A stretch of DNA of 63,974 nt, filler included, from Craspedostauros australis (lineage: Eukaryota), in assembly GCA_030167865.1 (NCBI GenBank). It is 11 parts of 11 records of this genome, joined end to end, with 100 filler letters (N's around TTAATTAATTAA, not from the genome) between each part and the next. Parts side by side here need not be neighbours in the genome. Positions count along the whole stretch, not along the records: positions 1 to 13,954 come from JALAGF010004236.1; positions 14,055 to 16,314 come from JALAGF010004237.1; positions 16,415 to 19,885 come from JALAGF010004239.1; 8 more parts are not named here. One strand, written 5' to 3'. The position numbers and the translations under genes were made by a program. Numbering within the stretch: position 1 is the stretch's first letter; the number at the start of each line of letters is the position of its first letter. The notes under the pieces are model-generated. The model was not told the origin of the DNA and made no database searches. It was given only the letters and a program-made list of their open reading frames with translations. Shown here one piece after another: positions 10,789 to 19,985 of the stretch.

Positions 10789-13170
10789 TTAAAACACCAA
10801 GCCTTTCATGTGGAAGCACCACCGCATCAACGCCAGATACGTCTTGGACACAGCCTCAATAGATGGGACTTCAATTGCACGCACGTATGTTCCCAAATCT
10901 CGTGCCACGCCATCGATCGCTGTCAACAGCCCATTGTCTGCTGCAGCGAACCCCCTCCCCGCATCACGGACCAAGTCGCCATGACTGCTGCCCTCTTGAT
11001 AGACGACCGGCAATCCGCACGCCAGCGCCTCCATCACAGCATTCGAGGCCGGTTCGCCACGTGATGGTGCCAGGTAGAGATCGCCAGTGCGCAGAAAGTC
11101 AGCCAGATCTTGCGAGGTCCCTGATTTGAGGAGCTGGATGTTGCGTGGCTCGAATCCTTTGGCTGGGATGCCACCCATGTACACGAATTCGTAGGTATTG
11201 AAATTGAGATTCTGATCCAGCCACAGCATTGTGTCGAATCCTTTGCGCGGATTGTTCGAATGGGATGATGCGACGATGCGGATGCGTTCGCGTTTGCGTG
11301 TGGTGAAATCGTTGCTGCTATTGTGGTGGTCGTTGTCGTTGTTGTTGTTGCTCTCACTGTGGTTGCCGCTGTCGGATGGTGGATGAAAGATGGTAGGATT
11401 GATAGTGTTGGGAGCAACAATTGGATTGCGCAGCTTGAGCTGGATGTCCAGATTGGCATCCATGCTCCATTGCGACTGGAACACAGTTGCGCAAGCGTAC
11501 TTACGATTGAAGCCCTGAGTTCGTCGATCTTCCTTGGGTACTTTTGGATCCTCCACACCGAGAGGACGAAAGTAGCGCGCAACGTAGTATGGACCATCGA
11601 TGCGATGGACCAAGGCCAGGTTGGAGCTGTTCAGCTTTCGATCCAGTACCGTCGTCTTGCCTTTGAATGTGATGGCATTCGCAAGCAAGGTGTCCGTTGA
11701 GTTGTTGATGAGCGACTTGCCTTGGGGATCGCTCTTTGCGATGACCGTCCGATTCCAAATGTTCTCCAAACCGTATCGCAGAGCAAGGAGGAACTGATTC
11801 CCGCCACCCCAAGGAGGTGGGTGGAAGTCATGCCAGATTCCGATCCGTTGCAGTGATGGATGCGGACATGCCGCGTCCATTTTCCATTTCAGGAATGCCG
11901 GCATGTTGCCGGATGCACCTGTACCATGTATCGTTGACGCCATCGCTCTGTAGTCTTTCTTTTGCATTCGGCAGCCATGGTAATCGTACTTTGGACTTTC
12001 TCCGCCAACGCTGTTGCTTTTGTTGTCTGCTGGATCATGGTTGTCTTGACGATGCGTGGCGTACATTGATAGCAACGATGCCGCGGATGGCACAGACTGG
12101 GTACTCATTTGTTGAACAAACCCGTTCGCAGCTCTTGTTTCCATGACCATCCATCCATCGTTGCCTTTTGGATGCGATGCCGTGAGCTGGATGGGCCGCA
12201 GAAAGACGGTGGTGTCCCGCAGCACCAAGTAGCTGTCGCTGAGGTTTGGAACAGCATTGGCCAACTGAGTTGCATGGAAGGCCGTCCACTCCAGAAGCAT
12301 GGATGGATCGTCATCGTTGTTGCTCTGCATTCCGCGCATGCGTATTTGGATGCAGGCATGGCGGTGGTCGATGTTGTGGTTCGGCAGGATATCGAAGAAT
12401 TCATCACAGTGTTCCTGGCCTTGCTTCGGTGTTGTTGCTGTTGTTGTTGTGGTGGTGGTAGTTGCTGCTGCTGGTGGTGATGTGATTGATGGCGATGATT
12501 GCAGCGTATCCGTAGCGATCACGAAGACGACTCGCCGTATTCCCTCCTTCGCGAATTGGAATAAGTTGTGCATGCTGAGTGCAAGTGGTGCTGTGGCATG
12601 TTGCGCGCTACTGCGAAGCGTGGGAGTGACGAGGACGACAACATCGAGACCTGCTTGCGTCTCTGATGCCCGTTGCAATGGTGGCTTCCTGCATGTCGTC
12701 CCTGTGACATTCATGATGAATGCGCTGCACAATGTGTGCGATTGTGGTGGCAATCGATCAAAGACGACATCATGGTGCGATATGGTGATGGTTGGCAGCG
12801 TGTTCAAGTGTGGCTGCGATTGGTGTGGCGGCTGATCCACCTGTTGTTGATGCACCTGCTGTTGATCCATCTGCTGCTGCTGCTGCCAGATCTGCTCCTG
12901 ACCCATGCGATGTTGATCGTTCGCTGCGTCGTCTTCCACAATGCCATTCAAAGCTAGTTGCAAGTTGAAAGAGGCCAGGCCCGGTTGATACATCCCCACA
13001 GACGCAGCGCCTGCAATCCCTGCTGCGATCAGCGCAACATTCCTCAGCACACATCTTCGACCTGTTGGTCGGTTCTGTGACGACATTGTGGTAGCAGCAT
13101 TCCCCGTCGATACGCCAGAGCCGCGCTCATTGGCAGTCGCCATCGTTGGCTGTTTGCGAGATCGCATCAT
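10789..13170 (-). CDS. Type II membrane glycosyltransferase with C-terminal GT4 (Glycos_transf_1, GT-B) domain
   Basis: N-terminal hydrophobic anchor and Gln/Thr-rich stem. PWGGGNQFLLAL, HRIDGP, NPRKGFD and the EX7E motif in LAPSRGEPASNAVMEALACGLPVVY. 793-aa single ORF. Confidence 0.85.
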   Translation of the reverse strand: MMRSRKQPTMATANERGSGVSTGNAATTMSSQNRPTGRRCVLRNVALIAAGIAGAASVGMYQPGLASFNLQLALNGIVEDDAANDQHRMGQEQIWQQQQQMDQQQVHQQQVDQPPHQSQPHLNTLPTITISHHDVVFDRLPPQSHTLCSAFIMNVTGTTCRKPPLQRASETQAGLDVVVLVTPTLRSSAQHATAPLALSMHNLFQFAKEGIRRVVFVIATDTLQSSPSITSPPAAATTTTTTTTATTPKQGQEHCDEFFDILPNHNIDHRHACIQIRMRGMQSNNDDDPSMLLEWTAFHATQLANAVPNLSDSYLVLRDTTVFLRPIQLTASHPKGNDGWMVMETRAANGFVQQMSTQSVPSAASLLSMYATHRQDNHDPADNKSNSVGGESPKYDYHGCRMQKKDYRAMASTIHGTGASGNMPAFLKWKMDAACPHPSLQRIGIWHDFHPPPWGGGNQFLLALRYGLENIWNRTVIAKSDPQGKSLINNSTDTLLANAITFKGKTTVLDRKLNSSNLALVHRIDGPYYVARYFRPLGVEDPKVPKEDRRTQGFNRKYACATVFQSQWSMDANLDIQLKLRNPIVAPNTINPTIFHPPSDSGNHSESNNNNDNDHHNSSNDFTTRKRERIRIVASSHSNNPRKGFDTMLWLDQNLNFNTYEFVYMGGIPAKGFEPRNIQLLKSGTSQDLADFLRTGDLYLAPSRGEPASNAVMEALACGLPVVYQEGSSHGDLVRDAGRGFAAADNGLLTAIDGVARDLGTYVRAIEVPSIEAVSKTYLALMRWCFHMKGLVF

Positions 13171-13715
13171 CGTTCCAATCTTGTGTGGTGCACTGTGGTG
13201 TGCGTGTGTGGTATCACATGTATGCTGAGCAGTCTTCGTGTCATGTACGTCAGCAGTTGCGGCAGAAAGCAGAGCGTTCTGCTGTGCCCATGGTCATTTG
13301 GGAGAGTCCATCATCGCAGGTTGCGGATGGACACAAAAGACGAAGGCGTGTTGTGGAGATCCTTCGCCTTTCTCACGTCCACATGATCATGAACAACACG
13401 ACAAGTTCTCATTTTCACCTTGTGTCTGATTGATTTGATTTGATTCGCGAGGTTAGCTTTATTCGTACTAGTCGATACCGTCTTTTTGTCGGTTGATCGG
13501 TTTGGTCGATTGTTGATAAGGGTGTTCGTACTCCAAACTCGAACGAGAGAGGGAGGTTGGTTGGATTTCTCTGTTTCGCGTTCGTGTTCATCTCTGTGGC
13601 ACCAAACGCGAAGGACGACCCCCTCGGAGGTTGCGGTATTGTTGGGATATCGCACCGTATTTCGGACATTATGCCGTATTGTCCGATTTTGAATACACAT
13701 TGATCGTACTTTAGT

Positions 13716-13777
13716 NNNNNNNNNNNNNNNNNNNNNNNNNNNNNNNNNNNNNNNNNNNNNNNNNNNNNNNNNNNNNN
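13716..13777. other. Intra-scaffold assembly gap
   Basis: 62 N without the TTAATTAATTAA spacer. Confidence 0.95.
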
Positions 13778-13954
13778 ATGTTCGTTTGTCCGTTCAATGA
13801 AAATCAGTTTTAGCCCAGATTCCTGGTTTCGAACTGCTGACCAAAGTAGGATGTGTTTCATGATTTCCATCACAACATCAACAGCACCATCATCATCCGA
13901 TGTGTTGATTGATAGGAGTTCTCTGTGTGGCCAACTGTACTATGTCTGAGGGAA

Positions 13955-14054
13955 NNNNNNNNNNNNNNNNNNNNNNNNNNNNNNNNNNNNNNNNNNNNTT
14001 AATTAATTAANNNNNNNNNNNNNNNNNNNNNNNNNNNNNNNNNNNNNNNNNNNN
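13955..14054. other. Artificial contig spacer
   Basis: 44 N + TTAATTAATTAA (stops in all six frames) + 44 N. Confidence 0.97.
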
Positions 14055-16150
14055 CTCTCTCTCTCGTGGATGACGCGAGGTGCCGAAGACATAGTCATCA
14101 TACCCTCCAGAGAGTCATCATACCATGCAATACTCCGTTGTCCGCTGCGAGTTCTCAGTTCTCTCTCTGTGTTGGTACACATCGACATGGCTTCTTGTAC
14201 CCCACCCAAGTCGGACATATCTCGGCTTCGTCGATGTCAGATGCGAGAAGCGGGGAGAAGGGAGGCGAAAAGGGAGGAGAAAGAGGAAGATGAGAAGGAG
14301 GAAGGGGAGAAAGAAGTGTGCTCGTGAGATTGGATTTAGATTAGATTGGACTTGGAAGAGATTTGGACGAGACTTGGAGAAGAGGAGAGCAAAGTACCTC
14401 TCTGTGGCATGACGAAGCAACACATTGCGCCCCAATGGATGCACAGCGTTGCCGATGAAAGCTTGTACGCCGTCATGGTGGCACATCCTTTGCTTTGATG
14501 CTTGCTTTGGTGTTTGCTTTCGTCTTTCTTCCTCTCTTTGGGAAAGCCATTGTGCATCAAATCTCCGATTTGAGTCACCTCATCCGAAAGGAAAACGACA
14601 ATACTCGTGGTTCGTATCACAGGTTGGATGAAAGTTGTGCAAAGGCCACAAATGAACCATTGGCCATCGATATTTCTGGACGTGAAGAGTGGAGGTGTTT
14701 TCTCATACTCCACGTGTACGAGTTGCTCGTATGTAGTATTATATCATAGTATACGTGTGTATCGTTGTATAGTATGTCACTTCTCGTGTTCACAACTTCA
14801 AAGGAGTGACCCTAATCACAACCAACCCCATCAACGGATCATCGATTGCATCAGGGTCCAGTACCCGTAAGCGCATGAGGCTTATCGAAGGGTGAGCCAA
14901 TCCACCAACTCACCATCCGCAATCAAGATGTGATACCGTCATTTGAGAGTGACCAGGACGAAACCGATGTTGAGATTTATCGGCATGGACTGTCGCGAGG
15001 TGTCATTCCGACCCAACAAATGGCGAAGCAATCAACGGAAGGGGAATGGAGGAGCATCCCAATCCAAACAAGAGAAAGGAAGGATGGATGGATGGAAGGA
15101 GGTCATTCAATCCAAAACGTAACATCGATCGAACACAACGAAACAAAGATGACATTCGCAATGTGGTACCAAACCACACCATACCATAGTCGTACCATGC
15201 CTCTCGAATCGCAAATGGTTCCATTCATTTCTCGATACGAGCAGGTCGTACTTGCTGCTCCTTCCACTCTACGTTCTGCTCTCTGCTCTGGTTGTCTCCA
15301 TGCCTCTTCATTAGTTGTATGTTGCTATTTCTACCTCGTACTATACTTGTTATGCCGATGGTCATTTCCAATATTGGCCCAACACGAAGTCGAAAAGGAA
15401 CCGACCTTCTGCCAGCGATATCTATATCTACGTTCCATGTTCTCCGCATCAGATAATGACCGGTCAACTTCAGATGCTTGATGGGAGACCTCTGCCCCAG
15501 CATCTATCAATACATAGTAGTATCTACAACCAGCTTGCGGTTGGCATGTAGATGACCGCCCCAACACTCTGAGACTGTTGTCTCCAACCGTCGAGTGAAG
15601 TCGAAGTGGAGCTGAAGTGAAGGCAATGCGAGCCGAGATCTCCACGTGCTCGTGTGCTTTCAAATGTCACCATCTGGAGGTGCTGGACGGACAGATCAAG
15701 CTGATAATGCAGAATAGAATGCCACGGAGTGTTCGTAAGGTCGAGTCGACTTGAGTCGAAGAGGAGCTGGATCGCAAGAGGCCGACAAGTCCAGCATGCG
15801 ATCGTATTCCATACCCGTCTTCCGAGGACAAGTTGGGTGTTGCACCGAACCTTGGCTCCGGAGCGGCTTGGATGGAATGGTTGTGTATTCGCATGGTACT
15901 CCTGTTGGAGTACTATACCCTTGCAGAGCAGTTGGATTGACCTCGGTGTGCGTGCCAACTTCAACTCCAACGCCAATGCTAACGTCAACGTCAACTGTAA
16001 CGGCAGCGTCGACGGCAACGCCAGGCACAGTGTCGGCAGCGAGCAAGTCCATTCATGGGCATCTGTCCATTCAAGCTTTTCTTGTGCCTAACTTGCACAA
16101 TGTAGAATGAATCGCACACGCCTAAAACGGGACTGGCTTGAGGGAGTGGG
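14055..16150. repeat. Second version of segment 1-~2080
   Basis: Contig starts with the same sequence as the window. Homology decays towards ~16150. Confidence 0.9.
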
Positions 16151-16254
16151 AGTCCCGTGCGCACCAACACGTTGACGGAAACAACAACAGCACGATGCAG
16201 AACTGGACATGCTGCGGCTAGCATCGTGAATATCCCTTTACGACCGGAGCTTAA

Positions 16255-16286
16255 CGCCCATATTATGGGCGATATAATGACACTAG
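16255..16286 (+). mobile_element. Helitron-like 3' terminus (hairpin + CTAG)
   Basis: Inverted repeat cgcccata-t-tatgggcg (16255-16271), 11-nt spacer, CTAG (16283-16286), then T. Confidence 0.5.
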
Positions 16287-16314
16287 TTGTTTTTTGAACG
16301 AATTTTCCCTACCA

Positions 16315-16414
16315 NNNNNNNNNNNNNNNNNNNNNNNNNNNNNNNNNNNNNNNNNNNNTTAATTAATTAANNNNNNNNNNNNNNNNNNNNNNNNNNNNNN
16401 NNNNNNNNNNNNNN
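16315..16414. other. Artificial contig spacer
   Basis: 44 N + TTAATTAATTAA + 44 N. Confidence 0.97.
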
Positions 16415-17500
16415 ACACCCGCTGCTGTGATCAACCAACCAAAGCAGCCAACGGTGGCCAAAACACCCTGCGACCGACAATTTGCAGTTTCCGCGACAGA
16501 ATTTGACGTGGATCCCACCAAGAAACCGCTCTGCATCTGGGACTTCTACGGAAACAACTGCAATCGAATGATCACGTTGGCCAAGGCTCTGTACCTGGCC
16601 AGCGAGATGTCCACTATGGTGCAGCTGGATGATGCGTGGTCGAAATGGTTCGTGCAATTCTTCGATCCACATCCCCGTATCTCGCTGAGCCACATGTTTG
16701 TCGTTTCGAACGGAACCGCAACCTTGAATCCTGAACATCGCCCAAATGCGCTTCAAACAACCCAATGCATCACGAGAGCGCTGGCTGAAACGGTCTACAC
16801 AATCGTGCAACCGGTGTCTGTGGCGGTCCATCGAGGCGTCCGCGTTCCCATGTTGGACCAGCTGGTTCCCAAACGATCTATTCGGGAAGAAGCAGAGCGA
16901 CAAGTTCAGAAGCGATACGCCAATGGGAAGCAAGCAGTATCCGTGTCAGACGAGGGCAACGCCATGGAGACGCAACCTGCAATGACGAGTACAGATGCGC
17001 ACAGTTCAATGGAATTGTCGCAAAGCCCCTTGCAGTATCCGTTCGTTTCTGTTCATCGCAGATGGTTGGACGGGGAATGCATCAAATCAGCAAACAAACC
17101 TGAACGTCATTTTGACAATTGCACCGCATCTACACTGGTGGCAACATGCGAGTACACGTACAACGCTGTACTTCAAACGCTCAATCGACAATCCTCGTCG
17201 TTGTCAAGCAAAGGCCCCACTGTGGATGAGTCTTCTCCACTTATAGTCCTGTTCACGGACGGCCAGAAAGCAGTCTACGACAGCACCTTCCCCATCCGAG
17301 ATCCCAACGAATTCGCCTTGCAATTGTGGATGATGACGCTATCGCAGCAGCACTTCGGCAGTCCACAAAGTACGGTTGACGTTGTTGTGCGACACTGGCG
17401 GCACCATCGCATCCAACAGCATGAGAATGCCAAGCCTGGATCGAATCCACCAAGAAATGATATCGTGCATCCCATTGAGTGCAACCCATCTTGGGTATGA
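16415..17500 (+). CDS. 5'-truncated copy of the O-fucosyltransferase-like gene (cut by contig start)
   Basis: Translation identical to 18648-19733. Confidence 0.75.
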   Translation, partial: TPAAVINQPKQPTVAKTPCDRQFAVSATEFDVDPTKKPLCIWDFYGNNCNRMITLAKALYLASEMSTMVQLDDAWSKWFVQFFDPHPRISLSHMFVVSNGTATLNPEHRPNALQTTQCITRALAETVYTIVQPVSVAVHRGVRVPMLDQLVPKRSIREEAERQVQKRYANGKQAVSVSDEGNAMETQPAMTSTDAHSSMELSQSPLQYPFVSVHRRWLDGECIKSANKPERHFDNCTASTLVATCEYTYNAVLQTLNRQSSSLSSKGPTVDESSPLIVLFTDGQKAVYDSTFPIRDPNEFALQLWMMTLSQQHFGSPQSTVDVVVRHWRHHRIQQHENAKPGSNPPRNDIVHPIECNPSWV

Positions 17501-17652
17501 CCGCTTGCTCTGCCTCTCGGTATATGTGTATGCGCGTTTATGTGCGTGAAACTGCATAGAGCAGAGCAGTTGGATGCACATTCTCCTGCCGAAGATGTAC
17601 GGTCGAGACTGGTTCATTCAGAACTTGGAGCAGCATCCGGAGGATCAGCATT
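16415..17652. repeat. 1238-bp direct repeat, copy 1 (copy 2 at 18648-19885; period 2233 bp)
   Basis: The contig begins and ends with the same sequence, and all ORFs recur at offset 2233 with identical translations. Confidence 0.95.
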
Positions 17653-18494
17653 ACATCTCCTGCCACGATGTGGTTGCTGGGCTGCGCAAACATGAACCAG
17701 AAGTGCAGCATCGCTGGTTGATCTCGTCGCAGAGTACGACTCCAAGTAATTCGAAACATGACCCACCATTTTGGTAAACCGAAAAAATCCCGGAAAACTT
17801 GTCGGAGCAAAACACATGATTGACCAATAGGGGCGCTTGGGCAAGACAACCTGGGACAACAAATATTTTAGAATGAATTCTAACGCTTGTGAGCTGGTTG
17901 GTGCTGCAAAGGAGAGACCTCAAGACACATAGAAGATGATCCTATCTGGCAATAGTTGTTGTTGTTGCTGCTTCTGCTGTTTCGAGCTGCGGTCCTCGAA
18001 AATTGTGTGTTCTCTCCTGCTTTGCAAGTATTCTGTTACTGACACCTGCTGACATGTGCAACCACTAGACTGGTGGTACGTAGGAGTCATTGCACAAGAC
18101 CGGATGACTGTACCGGTTGACTGTTAGACGTTGGACTCGCACGACCTTATGACCAGATTGATCCCAAAACTCGTTCTGCTCAACTGGGTCATTTTGGAGC
18201 GAAATCAGCCATGAGTACCTTCAAGAGTCACGAACAGAAACTGGCGAAAACAAACACTGAAACAGACACAGAAGGCGCAGCGTCGAGAGCCAGACGAGAC
18301 GAAACAGTCACAACCCGTCGAGCAACACACCCAGATACGATCTTACGACTATACTCGACGACTTTCGCCGTTTCAACAACTCCCACAAATACAGAACAAG
18401 AGCTCCGACCAGGGCACACAACAACAGCCAATACATCTACAGTAGTTACTTGTTCACTTTGACAGATCCGGTGCAACGGACCTCACCAACAAGC

Positions 18495-19733
18495 ATGACA
18501 CGGAAGACACGCACAACATCCAGATCCTTCGTGATGCGCTTGGGCATCGTCGCTTGCTTCGTTGTCTCTACTCTCTTCTCGAATGTACGCACCACCACGT
18601 TCCTTGTACCGATATCATCGTCATACACCAGTATGATGGATGGCAACACACCCGCTGCTGTGATCAACCAACCAAAGCAGCCAACGGTGGCCAAAACACC
18701 CTGCGACCGACAATTTGCAGTTTCCGCGACAGAATTTGACGTGGATCCCACCAAGAAACCGCTCTGCATCTGGGACTTCTACGGAAACAACTGCAATCGA
18801 ATGATCACGTTGGCCAAGGCTCTGTACCTGGCCAGCGAGATGTCCACTATGGTGCAGCTGGATGATGCGTGGTCGAAATGGTTCGTGCAATTCTTCGATC
18901 CACATCCCCGTATCTCGCTGAGCCACATGTTTGTCGTTTCGAACGGAACCGCAACCTTGAATCCTGAACATCGCCCAAATGCGCTTCAAACAACCCAATG
19001 CATCACGAGAGCGCTGGCTGAAACGGTCTACACAATCGTGCAACCGGTGTCTGTGGCGGTCCATCGAGGCGTCCGCGTTCCCATGTTGGACCAGCTGGTT
19101 CCCAAACGATCTATTCGGGAAGAAGCAGAGCGACAAGTTCAGAAGCGATACGCCAATGGGAAGCAAGCAGTATCCGTGTCAGACGAGGGCAACGCCATGG
19201 AGACGCAACCTGCAATGACGAGTACAGATGCGCACAGTTCAATGGAATTGTCGCAAAGCCCCTTGCAGTATCCGTTCGTTTCTGTTCATCGCAGATGGTT
19301 GGACGGGGAATGCATCAAATCAGCAAACAAACCTGAACGTCATTTTGACAATTGCACCGCATCTACACTGGTGGCAACATGCGAGTACACGTACAACGCT
19401 GTACTTCAAACGCTCAATCGACAATCCTCGTCGTTGTCAAGCAAAGGCCCCACTGTGGATGAGTCTTCTCCACTTATAGTCCTGTTCACGGACGGCCAGA
19501 AAGCAGTCTACGACAGCACCTTCCCCATCCGAGATCCCAACGAATTCGCCTTGCAATTGTGGATGATGACGCTATCGCAGCAGCACTTCGGCAGTCCACA
19601 AAGTACGGTTGACGTTGTTGTGCGACACTGGCGGCACCATCGCATCCAACAGCATGAGAATGCCAAGCCTGGATCGAATCCACCAAGAAATGATATCGTG
19701 CATCCCATTGAGTGCAACCCATCTTGGGTATGA
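18495..19733 (+). CDS. Type II membrane O-fucosyltransferase-like glycosyltransferase
   Basis: TM anchor FVMRLGIVACFVVSTLF. GNNCNRMITLAKALYLA, FVSVHRR, IVLFTDGQ and LWMMTLSQQHFGSPQST match the conserved GDP-fucose-binding motifs of O-FucT-type enzymes. Confidence 0.7.
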   Translation: MTRKTRTTSRSFVMRLGIVACFVVSTLFSNVRTTTFLVPISSSYTSMMDGNTPAAVINQPKQPTVAKTPCDRQFAVSATEFDVDPTKKPLCIWDFYGNNCNRMITLAKALYLASEMSTMVQLDDAWSKWFVQFFDPHPRISLSHMFVVSNGTATLNPEHRPNALQTTQCITRALAETVYTIVQPVSVAVHRGVRVPMLDQLVPKRSIREEAERQVQKRYANGKQAVSVSDEGNAMETQPAMTSTDAHSSMELSQSPLQYPFVSVHRRWLDGECIKSANKPERHFDNCTASTLVATCEYTYNAVLQTLNRQSSSLSSKGPTVDESSPLIVLFTDGQKAVYDSTFPIRDPNEFALQLWMMTLSQQHFGSPQSTVDVVVRHWRHHRIQQHENAKPGSNPPRNDIVHPIECNPSWV

Positions 19734-19885
19734 CCGCTTGCTCTGCCTCTCGGTATATGTGTATGCGCGTTTATGTGCGTGAAACTGCATAGAGCAGAGC
19801 AGTTGGATGCACATTCTCCTGCCGAAGATGTACGGTCGAGACTGGTTCATTCAGAACTTGGAGCAGCATCCGGAGGATCAGCATT

Positions 19886-19985
19886 NNNNNNNNNNNNNNN
19901 NNNNNNNNNNNNNNNNNNNNNNNNNNNNNTTAATTAATTAANNNNNNNNNNNNNNNNNNNNNNNNNNNNNNNNNNNNNNNNNNNN
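19886..19985. other. Artificial contig spacer
   Basis: 44 N + TTAATTAATTAA + 44 N. Confidence 0.97.

Noticed and set aside
10789..19733. Apparent glycosyltransferase cluster (GT4 + fucosyltransferase-like genes)
   Set aside because: The genes are on different contigs separated by artificial spacers, so adjacency is unsupported.
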